Below, piece after piece: positions 27,964 through 36,313 of a DNA stretch of 64,000 nucleotides. The notes beneath the pieces are model-generated. The model was not told where the DNA came from. It did no database searches and saw nothing but the letters and a program-made list of their open reading frames with translations. The position numbers and the translations under genes are program-made. The number at the start of each line of letters is the position of its first letter. Positions within the stretch are counted from its first letter, which is position 1. The stretch is from assembly GCA_018661705.1 (NCBI GenBank), contig JABJHR010000009.1, forward strand, positions 29,746 through 93,745, in the 5' to 3' direction. Source of the stretch: Candidatus Woesearchaeota archaeon. Its GTDB lineage: Archaea > Nanobdellota > Nanobdellia > Woesearchaeales > DSVV01.

Positions 27964-28018
27964 AATATAGATTATAGCAAAAAACAACAAAAGAATAATT
28001 ATTTAACACTATGTTAAT

Positions 28019-28069
28019 GGGTGGTGGGTGGGGGCTCCTAGAGGGATGGTTAATCTTTGATCACAAAAA
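28019..28069 (+). repeat. G-tract motif, copy 1
   Basis: GGGTGGTGGGTGGGGGCTCCTAGAGGGATGGTTAATCT is identical over 38 nt to 45418-45455, and 48/51 over the full length. Lies 75-125 nt upstream of the ADH ATG. Confidence 0.8.
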
Positions 28070-28143
28070 GGCAACAACAACGTAAAAATTCAGAAAAGAA
28101 ACACACAAACTTTATTAAAAAAGAAGAAATACCAACAATTACA

Positions 28144-29337
28144 ATGGAAAACTTCACATTTCAGAATGAAACTAAAATTATATTTGGAAAGGAAACAGAA
28201 CTTCTTGTAGGAAAGGAGACAACAGATTACTTAGATACTGAAAAACTTGGTAAAAACATTCTTCTACATTACGGAAGCGGCAGTATAAAGAAGTCTGGCT
28301 TATACGATAAAGTCATTAAATCATTAAAAGAAGCAAATCTTAATGTTATAGAATTAGGAGGAGTTGTTCCTAATCCAAGACTTAGCTTAGTAAAAGAAGG
28401 AATTAAACTTTGCCGAGAAAAAGAAATTGATTTTATTTTAGCTGTTGGTGGCGGAAGTGTAATTGATTCTGCAAAAGCTATTTCAGCAGGTGTTCATTTT
28501 GATGGAGATGTATGGCAATTATTTGAAACAATGGAACCTATTGAAAAAGGAGTCCCAATTGGAGTTATTTTAACAATACCTGCTGCTGGAAGTGAATCAA
28601 GCTGGACAAGCGTAGTTACAAATGAAGAGAAAAAAAGAAAATTACATTTTAGATCTCCGTGGATAAGACCAAAGTTTGCAATTATGAATCCTGAATTAAA
28701 CTTTACCCTACCAAATTATCAAACTTCATGCGGAGCATCTGATATGCTAGCTCATGTCATGGAAAGATATTTTACAAATACCAAAAATGTTGATTTTACT
28801 GATGAGCTTTGTGAAGCAACAATGAGAACAATTATTAGAAATACACCCCTGACATTAAAAAATCCAAAAGATTATAATCCAAGAGCAGAGTTAATGTGGG
28901 CTAGCACAATTGCTCACAATGGTTTGCTTAACACAGGAAGAGAAGGAGATTGGTCCAGCCACATGATTGAACATGAACTAAGTGCAATGTATGATATTGC
29001 TCATGGTGCAGGACTAGCAATAGTGTTTCCAGCATGGATGAAATATGTGTATAAACATGATATACAGAGGTTTGTGCAGTTTGCAGTGAAAGTAATGGGA
29101 GTAAATAAAAATATAGACCCAAATGAAATAAATTTAGAAGAAACAGCCTTAGCAGGTATCTCAGCCTTAGAACAATGGTTCAAAGACATTAAAATGCCTG
29201 TAAAACTAAGTGAAATAAATATTAATGAATCTAAATTTGAAGAAATGAGTGAATTATGTGCAAAAGATAGCACAGTTGGTTGTTTTGTAAAACTGAATAA
29301 AGATGACGTAACAGAGATATTTAAGTTAGCGCTTTAG
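28144..29337 (+). CDS. iron-containing alcohol dehydrogenase (butanol dehydrogenase/YqhD-like)
   Basis: MENFTFQNETKIIFGK start, GGGSVIDSAK, histidine-rich metal site. The track ORF begins upstream at TTG 28057. Confidence 0.85.
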   Translation: MENFTFQNETKIIFGKETELLVGKETTDYLDTEKLGKNILLHYGSGSIKKSGLYDKVIKSLKEANLNVIELGGVVPNPRLSLVKEGIKLCREKEIDFILAVGGGSVIDSAKAISAGVHFDGDVWQLFETMEPIEKGVPIGVILTIPAAGSESSWTSVVTNEEKKRKLHFRSPWIRPKFAIMNPELNFTLPNYQTSCGASDMLAHVMERYFTNTKNVDFTDELCEATMRTIIRNTPLTLKNPKDYNPRAELMWASTIAHNGLLNTGREGDWSSHMIEHELSAMYDIAHGAGLAIVFPAWMKYVYKHDIQRFVQFAVKVMGVNKNIDPNEINLEETALAGISALEQWFKDIKMPVKLSEININESKFEEMSELCAKDSTVGCFVKLNKDDVTEIFKLAL

Positions 29338-29400
29338 TTTAAACCCAAGTACCACACAGACACATGAATAACCCCTTAAGAGTAGTAATTTGAGATAACA

Positions 29401-29410
29401 TTTATAAATA
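29401..29410 (+). promoter_or_regulatory. TATA box for the 29431 gene
   Basis: TTTATAAATA lies 21-30 nt upstream of the ATG. Confidence 0.4.
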
Positions 29411-29430
29411 GATATATATTTCTTATATAG

Positions 29431-30204
29431 ATGCAAGCAGCAATATCTCAAGCACATAAAGATGAAATTACAGTTGAATGGCAAGGAAGAGTTCCATCAG
29501 ATTTAGATCCAAATAATAGTATGGATAGAACCAGAATTGAATTAAAGTCAATGCTAATCAAACAAAGAGTTTTAGTTTATCCAAATCAAAGTGGAGCAAT
29601 TCTAATTCACAAACCAGGTTTTGGGGAAAACAAAGAAGGATACAAATTCAAATATCAAACATTAGCAGAGCGTGTTCAACAAAATTTAGGGGCAGCAATT
29701 TTAATGGGAAATCAAGAAGTAGATTATCATAATTATCATGAAACTCATTTAGGTGATCTTAAAGCAGTTATTGATTATGCACTTTCCAATGCAAAAAAGA
29801 TTTGTGGTAGAAATAATCCAGCATTATATTTAATGGGTTTTTCAGCAGGTGCTAGTTCAGTAGCAGGAGTTGCACATTTATATCCACAAGTAGATAGAAT
29901 TCTTTTAATGGGTCCAACAGTTGCCTATGGATTAGATCATGAAACAAGAGCAGGAATTGAACAGTTTACTGGAAAAGTTTTTCTTGCAGCAGGAGAACAT
30001 GATAGATATAAAGGATTAGGAATTCAAGTTTATAGAGCATTAACTCAAGCTAAAGAAATAGAAAAAGTTATTGTTCCAGATTGTGACCATTATTTCAGAG
30101 GAGCAACCAATGACATGATTTATAGTAATGCACCATTCTGGGCATTTACTGAAAACACAAGAGTTCTATCTCCTGAAAATGGAATTAGATTAGTTAAAAA
30201 GTAA
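29431..30204 (+). CDS. alpha/beta hydrolase
   Basis: Nucleophile elbow GFSAGAS. Late PDCDHYF (Asp/His). Confidence 0.6.
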   Translation: MQAAISQAHKDEITVEWQGRVPSDLDPNNSMDRTRIELKSMLIKQRVLVYPNQSGAILIHKPGFGENKEGYKFKYQTLAERVQQNLGAAILMGNQEVDYHNYHETHLGDLKAVIDYALSNAKKICGRNNPALYLMGFSAGASSVAGVAHLYPQVDRILLMGPTVAYGLDHETRAGIEQFTGKVFLAAGEHDRYKGLGIQVYRALTQAKEIEKVIVPDCDHYFRGATNDMIYSNAPFWAFTENTRVLSPENGIRLVKK

Positions 30205-30277
30205 ATTCTAAAAATGATAAAAGAATAATCATTTGATGAAATGCTAGAAACTTAACAAGATATATTTTAAGTTGACA

Positions 30278-31759
30278 TTATTTTATTTCTTTATGTAATA
30301 AATCTTCTGCAAGTCTTTGAATTTGTAATGGATTAGTTCTTGCATCCATTGTTTCAATAACATCTTTTGGAGTTTTTAATGAACCAAGACCTTTTGAAGA
30401 TAATTTTGTAGGGTCTAAGAAATATACATCAACTGTTAAATCCGGATTTATATGCATAGCTTTAATGTAACAATGTTTATAGCTATCTATTGTATCACTT
30501 TCAAATCCAAATTCCCAATTTTCAAATTTTTCAGGATTTAATGGGATTAAATATTCTCTTAAATAATGTAATGCTAATCCTGTGTAATCAGTACATTTTC
30601 CAGATGTACCTTTTTCTGTTATTCCTGAAAATATATTTTTTATAGCACCATCAAGTGTTTCATATCTTTCTATAATGTTTCTTGAAAAATAACAGGCAAG
30701 CATAATACTTTCTCCAACTGTATACTCGTTAATAGGTTTCCCAATTGTGCTTGTTAATCGGCCATATTCTTTATCCCTTACAATAATTTCAGCTGTTCGT
30801 TGGGATGCTAGTTCAACAAATAATTCTTTAGATCGCATTTCAAGAAGCTTTTGTACTTCATGATATGTTGTTCCATTTGTATCATTAAGTAATGCTCTTT
30901 TTAATATTGTTTTTACTTCATCAGATTCTGTATCTTCTCCAATTTTTAATTTATCATATATTGTATCATATAATTGATCTTTATATAAATCAGGATCAAG
31001 TAAGTCTTGTGGATCTCTTATTCTTGTTGTTCCAATTATTTCCATGGCTGAAATATAAACTAATTTTATAGTCCTTAATGCAGATATTGCTCTTGAGATA
31101 GTTCCTTTACTAAGACCTTGCTCAACAATAACTCTTTCAAAACTAGCATAATTTAAAAAGAAATCTAATGGATCCAAAGTAAGATAATGGTTATCTTGAT
31201 CTCTGTTTAATTGAGAAAGATTCATTGCTTCTACGAACTGTTTATTTGCCACTAACATAAAATCATAGCCGATCATAAATTTATCAGAATTAATGCCTTC
31301 TCTAAATTTAACCTCACGCCAACCAAAATTACTTGCCAATAAATTATTAATAAGGCCCATATTTAACCCAATAGGAAATTCTAAAAATCCCTTTGCTAAT
31401 CTAGGATAATATAATTCAGGATTTTTTTCTAAATCAGCAATTGTAATTATTGGAGAATCTATTTGTTCAGAAACTAATGCAGGAGCTCTTCTAAACCCAT
31501 ACCTTTCAATAAGCATTGCACCACTTAATACATCTGTAACTCTTAATACTGATGTGTCACTTAATTCAATTCGTTGTGATTCTATGAATTCTTTTAGTCC
31601 ATCAGAAACTTCACCTTCTAAAGCAGCATCTTGAGCATGTTTTACTAAAGTATTTGCTTCTACTACTCTTAATTCTAAACCTGATTTTTCTCTTTCTACT
31701 AAATCTAGTCTTGCTTCTATCTCATCTAAACCTAATAATTTTCTAAGCCATTTCTTCAT
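30278..31759 (-). CDS. coiled-coil protein with C-terminal transglutaminase-like (papain-fold) Cys-His-Asp core
   Basis: GKCTDYTGLALHYL (Cys), YKHCYIKA (His) about 42 aa later, VYFLDPT (Asp) about 20 aa later. Spacing fits transglutaminase-like enzymes. Not search-verified. Confidence 0.45.
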   Translation of the reverse strand: MKKWLRKLLGLDEIEARLDLVEREKSGLELRVVEANTLVKHAQDAALEGEVSDGLKEFIESQRIELSDTSVLRVTDVLSGAMLIERYGFRRAPALVSEQIDSPIITIADLEKNPELYYPRLAKGFLEFPIGLNMGLINNLLASNFGWREVKFREGINSDKFMIGYDFMLVANKQFVEAMNLSQLNRDQDNHYLTLDPLDFFLNYASFERVIVEQGLSKGTISRAISALRTIKLVYISAMEIIGTTRIRDPQDLLDPDLYKDQLYDTIYDKLKIGEDTESDEVKTILKRALLNDTNGTTYHEVQKLLEMRSKELFVELASQRTAEIIVRDKEYGRLTSTIGKPINEYTVGESIMLACYFSRNIIERYETLDGAIKNIFSGITEKGTSGKCTDYTGLALHYLREYLIPLNPEKFENWEFGFESDTIDSYKHCYIKAMHINPDLTVDVYFLDPTKLSSKGLGSLKTPKDVIETMDARTNPLQIQRLAEDLLHKEIK

Positions 31760-31818
31760 AAATCCCCACCACTATATCAAATTTAATATAATAATAGAAG
31801 GAAATCAAGTTGGATTTA

Positions 31819-32688
31819 TTAAGATGATGGTAAGAATTCCTTATTACAAGCAAAGTATCTTTTATAAACATACTTCAAGAACTCCCATTCTGTTTTCTTA
31901 TCTGCTTGGTTCAAAGCATGATAATAAGACTGTCTTTTTTTATATTCAATAATTAAAATAGGATAATCATATTTATGTAAGATAAAATTCATAATTAATC
32001 TTGTTATTCTTCCATTGCCGTCTCCAAAAGGATGAATCTTAACAAATCTATAGTGTGCTTTTGCAGCTAACTCTACTGGATGCAATTTCTTTTTTTCTTT
32101 ATTATACCATTTAATGAAATCTTTCATTAGTTGAGGAATATCTTGCCAATCTGGACACAAATAATTTCCAACCTTAACTAAATAATCCCTATAAATTCCA
32201 GCTATGTCTGACTTTGACTCTTTGAAAATGTCTAAGTGCCATTTTTTAATTAAATTAATTGAAAGATCAGAAAATTTGTTGTTCATAATATCATTAAAAA
32301 CCGTTGTATGATTCATTGATTCCATAATATCTCCAAATGGTTTAGCAGGAGTAATTTTATCATGAATTAATCTCCTTGTTTCATCCAAAGTAATAGTAGA
32401 TCCTTCAATTGCATTTGTATTGTATGTAAAATCAACTGCTTTCTCTTCAATTAACTTTTTTTTGACAGACTCAGGAATCTTTTTCCAATTTTTCAAGTAG
32501 TTTTTCTTGATTAAATCAAATTTCTTAAAAATGGTCTGATTATTAATTTGACTTAGAAAATCATCTTTGATTTTTTCAATATTTTTAGGAATGGTTTTGC
32601 CAAGATAAAGGTCTTTTGTTTTTACTATATCGCTGTCTTTGTATGTGTGGTGTAAATAATAGTAATTATTTCTTGTTATTATTTCCAT
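31819..32688 (-). CDS. fic: Fic-domain protein (AMPylase/adenylyltransferase family)
   Basis: Canonical Fic motif HPFGDGNGRITRL. Confidence 0.85.
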   Translation of the reverse strand: MEIITRNNYYYLHHTYKDSDIVKTKDLYLGKTIPKNIEKIKDDFLSQINNQTIFKKFDLIKKNYLKNWKKIPESVKKKLIEEKAVDFTYNTNAIEGSTITLDETRRLIHDKITPAKPFGDIMESMNHTTVFNDIMNNKFSDLSINLIKKWHLDIFKESKSDIAGIYRDYLVKVGNYLCPDWQDIPQLMKDFIKWYNKEKKKLHPVELAAKAHYRFVKIHPFGDGNGRITRLIMNFILHKYDYPILIIEYKKRQSYYHALNQADKKTEWEFLKYVYKRYFACNKEFLPSS

Positions 32689-32760
32689 AACAATTAGTTG
32701 TCACTACTTTTATTTAAATATTTCGAAAAAAAGCTAAAAAGTAGTGATAAAGAATTAAAC

Positions 32761-33681
32761 CTATTCGTCTTCCTTCCTAAAAGCTCGACTTATCTTTTTA
32801 CTCCAGAAACTAGGTAAAGGATTATCAACAAATCCAGCAAATTCATCAGAATAAATATAAGTGATTCCTTTAACGCCTTTGTATTTTTTAAATCTATCTC
32901 CAACGTCTTCGTAAATCTCTTTGATCTTTTTTCGTTCAAAATCTTTTTGCAATAGAGATGATGTTTTTAACACTAAATAATCTGCCTGCCTAATTGCATT
33001 AATTTCTAAATTAGCAGAGTTTTGTGAGATAAAAATAATACTAATACTTTTATGCCTTGCAATAAGCATTAATTCACTTAATAATTTGTTTGGTTCTGCC
33101 ATTGATCTTCTTGAACTAAATAAAATACCCCCTTCATCTATCAAAACAAAAGAATTATTTTTTAATTCATTAATACTTTCAACAACATCTATCCAAATTG
33201 GCATATCTTCTTCCTTAAAACCTAATGCAAAACATTTCTTTTTTGTTTTTGCATAGATATTTTCTAATAGTTTAACAGCAATTGCTGTTTTTCCAGAACC
33301 TCTTGCCCCTAAAATAATTCCAATTGTAGAATCATTCTTACTTACTTTCTTTTCAAACTTATCAAAGCTTCCTGAATCGTGATGTATTAAATTAAATTTT
33401 TGATATTCTGCTGGAACTTCACTTCTTTGTTTTTCAATCTTCTTTTTTTCAACATATTTAGTTGTCTTATCAGTTGCTTTATAGAATAATCTAACAAACC
33501 AAATAGCTCCTAAAATAATTCCTTTAACAATCCAATAAACACTAAATCCTAAATAATAAAATAGATAGTAAATCCCAGCAAACAAGAAATAAACCCATCC
33601 TAATTTCTTCTTTAATTTAGTAAAGAATGATTTAGATGTTCCAGATTTCCTCTTTTTAGCTGATTTACTCTTTTTTGCCAT
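32761..33681 (-). CDS. membrane-anchored P-loop NTPase (Zot-like)
   Basis: Basic N-terminus and two TM helices. Walker A GARGSGKT, Walker B FVLIDEGG, and ARHKSISIIFISQ resembling the Zot/pI hRH..D...tQ motif. Confidence 0.65.
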   Translation of the reverse strand: MAKKSKSAKKRKSGTSKSFFTKLKKKLGWVYFLFAGIYYLFYYLGFSVYWIVKGIILGAIWFVRLFYKATDKTTKYVEKKKIEKQRSEVPAEYQKFNLIHHDSGSFDKFEKKVSKNDSTIGIILGARGSGKTAIAVKLLENIYAKTKKKCFALGFKEEDMPIWIDVVESINELKNNSFVLIDEGGILFSSRRSMAEPNKLLSELMLIARHKSISIIFISQNSANLEINAIRQADYLVLKTSSLLQKDFERKKIKEIYEDVGDRFKKYKGVKGITYIYSDEFAGFVDNPLPSFWSKKISRAFRKEDE

Positions 33682-33695
33682 ATAAATTCTGATGT

Positions 33696-33741
33696 TTATT
33701 ACCTATATAAAAGTTGCTATTTATATATAGATAGGTAATAA
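33696..33741. promoter_or_regulatory. inverted repeat (candidate operator) in a divergent promoter region
   Basis: TTATTACCTATATA (33696-33709) faces TATATAGATAGGTAATAA (33724-33741). A third ATTACCT half-site starts near 33762. The left arm overlaps the TATA of the ATPase operon. Confidence 0.4.
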
Positions 33742-33778
33742 GCTTTTTAAATCAAACTTCATTACCTTACTACAGAAA

Positions 33779-34435
33779 ATGGATGATTTTAGTAATAATG
33801 ACAATCCCAAAGGGATAGCAGAGATACTCATTGAAGAGTTTCAAAGACAGACTGGTACAGTTATTAGTAGTAGAAATCTAAAGACCTTAGAAGGAGAGAT
33901 TATAGTACCAAATATTGTTCCTAATATAGAACCAAGAGTAAAAGATTCACCTGAAAGTGTTTATGAAACAAACATTCATGGAACTGTTTCTTTTAGATTA
34001 TATGAAATATTAAGAAATCCGAGATCTAAGCGTGAAATTCCAGATTGGACACAAACTTATGGTGCTGTGATTAATTCTTTTCAATTAAAAGATATAAATG
34101 CTTATAATAAACTTCTAAAAACATCTGAACATAACATCAATAGATACGTTGCTTATGCAACATCAATGTCTTCTCAACCATATTCTTTAACAGGAGCAAT
34201 AACTCTTACTATTGAAGTAAATAAAAAAAGAAGAATCAGTGAAGTTTCTCCTGTATTAATTGTTCCAGGAGCATGGGATGATCCTGTTCATAGGGCTGTA
34301 CTAGAAGATTGGCGAGAAAGAAACACATTTTATATGGAACAAAAAAAAGGTGGTTGGTTTGGTGAATGGAGAGATAGAAAAGTAATCCTCAAATCAAGAT
34401 ATAATTATCTAAAACCTAAGAGAGAAAGAAAATGA
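33779..34435 (+). CDS. hypothetical protein, paralog 1
   Basis: 218 aa. Shares GI.EILIEE.QRQTG, WTQTYGA.IN.F and L.IVPG.W.DPV.RAVLEDWR with the next gene. Confidence 0.55.
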   Translation: MDDFSNNDNPKGIAEILIEEFQRQTGTVISSRNLKTLEGEIIVPNIVPNIEPRVKDSPESVYETNIHGTVSFRLYEILRNPRSKREIPDWTQTYGAVINSFQLKDINAYNKLLKTSEHNINRYVAYATSMSSQPYSLTGAITLTIEVNKKRRISEVSPVLIVPGAWDDPVHRAVLEDWRERNTFYMEQKKGGWFGEWRDRKVILKSRYNYLKPKRERK

Positions 34436-35085
34436 ATAATGATGAAGATTTTGATAACGCACCTGAAAGAGGAATAATAGAAATATTAATTGAAGAACTA
34501 CAAAGACAGACAGGAGTAGTTATCAGAGAGAAAAACTTGAATATTCTAAAAGAAAATATTTCTATGGGAAGCGGTCATTATCCAAAACCTACAGTTACTT
34601 GGAGCCCCACCCCAATAGGTGAACCAAATATACATGGAAAAGTATTATATGTATTATACGATGTAATTGAGAATAATAATCAAGGAAACGAAGTAGCAGA
34701 ATGGACACAAACTTATGGTGCTATTATAAATGCATTTAAGAGATTAAACAAAAACGTTAGTAATGAAATTAGAAAAAAATCAGAAAATGATATAAACAAA
34801 TATGTTGCTCATATAATGGGAAGATCAACCCAACAATATTCATTAATCGGTGCAAAAACATTAGAAGTAAAAGTAAGTGATAGTATAATAATCTATAAAA
34901 CAGAACCATTAGTTATTGTTCCAGGGGTATGGAGTGATCCTGTTTATAGAGCAGTATTAGAAGATTGGCGAAAACATAATTCATTTGCAGAAATGAAAAA
35001 ACAAAAAGTTTGGTCAGACGAGTGGAAAGATAAAAAAGTAATAGGTATGGATTATTTTGAAATGTTAATGCCAAAAGGAAAATAA
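34432..35085 (+). CDS. hypothetical protein, paralog 2
   Basis: 217 aa. Its start overlaps the upstream stop (ATGA), suggesting translational coupling. Confidence 0.55.
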   Translation: MNNDEDFDNAPERGIIEILIEELQRQTGVVIREKNLNILKENISMGSGHYPKPTVTWSPTPIGEPNIHGKVLYVLYDVIENNNQGNEVAEWTQTYGAIINAFKRLNKNVSNEIRKKSENDINKYVAHIMGRSTQQYSLIGAKTLEVKVSDSIIIYKTEPLVIVPGVWSDPVYRAVLEDWRKHNSFAEMKKQKVWSDEWKDKKVIGMDYFEMLMPKGK

Positions 35086-35095
35086 GAACATAAAA

Positions 35096-36094
35096 ATGCA
35101 GGCAAAACTTGGATTTAGAAATAATATGGATTCTAGCAGATTTAATTTTAGAGTCCCTTTTAGAAGAAAAGAATATGAAAAATATATTACTGCATTAAAA
35201 AATTCTGGAGCAATTGAAATTGAACATGTAGGCAAGAATTTACAGTTAGGAAAACAAAGACAAAGAGTGAAAGATTCTATTCAAGTTATACATGATTTAG
35301 AAATGAAAGCTATTTTGTACACGGGCATATTTGGTTCAATAGATGTGAGAAATAATGGTGAGCTCAAAAAAATGGTTCAAAGAGACTTATTTGAGAATGT
35401 TTTAAGTTATGGAAAACAAGGACAAGGGGCTGCAATGATGTGTCCATCTTCAGATTATATTGAGAAAGTAGTATTACCACAAATCAATAAAACACTAAAA
35501 TTTGCAGCTTATGATGGAATCTTTTTAGACATCCCATGGATCATGTACGGTGGCTGTTTTTGTGAAAATTGTCATGATGTAAGAGAAGAAAATAAAAGCG
35601 AAGGGAAAAACCAAGCAGAAATTAATGCTATTAATGTAAGACAAGGATTAGAAAGATTTGTAGGTGCAATAAAAAAAGATCATCCTTATTTAAAAATCTC
35701 AGTTAATGCAAGTGCTCCTACAATATACAGACATTCTTACCATGGTGCAGAAATTGAGAACTTAGCAGGATTATTTGATCAATATGTATCAGAATGGAAC
35801 CCATTAAGAATGAATCAACAAGTTTCAGTTGTAACAAAATGCATTGAAAGAACAATAGAAATTGTTGAAGAAACAGAAACTATTGAAGGAGTTCAAAAAG
35901 ATGCAGAGTTTTACCATGCAACAACTTGTACAGACCCAATTGGAAAGATTTATCCTGCTGAAAAACTATCAAAACTATTTTATGCCATCTTAAATGGTGG
36001 AGCTTTACCTAGATTAGGTGTTGCATTTGGTAATGAAGGATTAGGAGTAATAAAAAATGCTTGGAAAAATGCTGTTGAAAGATATCAAAAATAG
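35096..36094 (+). CDS. hypothetical protein (possible TIM-barrel glycoside-hydrolase-like fold)
   Basis: 332 aa. YDGIFLDIPW..GGCFCENC segment is reminiscent of GHL-type barrels. Weak. Confidence 0.4.
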   Translation: MQAKLGFRNNMDSSRFNFRVPFRRKEYEKYITALKNSGAIEIEHVGKNLQLGKQRQRVKDSIQVIHDLEMKAILYTGIFGSIDVRNNGELKKMVQRDLFENVLSYGKQGQGAAMMCPSSDYIEKVVLPQINKTLKFAAYDGIFLDIPWIMYGGCFCENCHDVREENKSEGKNQAEINAINVRQGLERFVGAIKKDHPYLKISVNASAPTIYRHSYHGAEIENLAGLFDQYVSEWNPLRMNQQVSVVTKCIERTIEIVEETETIEGVQKDAEFYHATTCTDPIGKIYPAEKLSKLFYAILNGGALPRLGVAFGNEGLGVIKNAWKNAVERYQK

Positions 36095-36105
36095 AAAAAA
36101 ATCAT

Positions 36106-36301
36106 AAAAATCCGTCATAAGTGTCACACCCCAACCTAAAGGTAGGGGTATGTCGTAACACTCACCTTTATTGACGAATTTTTAGGATGCAAATTGAGCA
36201 AAGCTCAATTGCACACAAAATCCATGATTTTGTTGTGCCAAAAATTTCACCATTAATGATGGAGTGTTAAACCCCATACCAAAATTCTTGATGAAATTTT
36301 T
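36106..36301. other. composite hairpin element Z between convergent genes
   Basis: AAAAATCCGTCATAA/TTATTGACGAATTTTT encloses CCCCAACC-TAAA-GGTAGGGG. Then TGCAAATTGAGC-AAA-GCTCAATTGCA, ACAAAATC/GATTTTGT, and AAAAATTTCA/TGAAATTTTT. Confidence 0.5.
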
Positions 36302-36313
36302 GTGCATAAAAAA

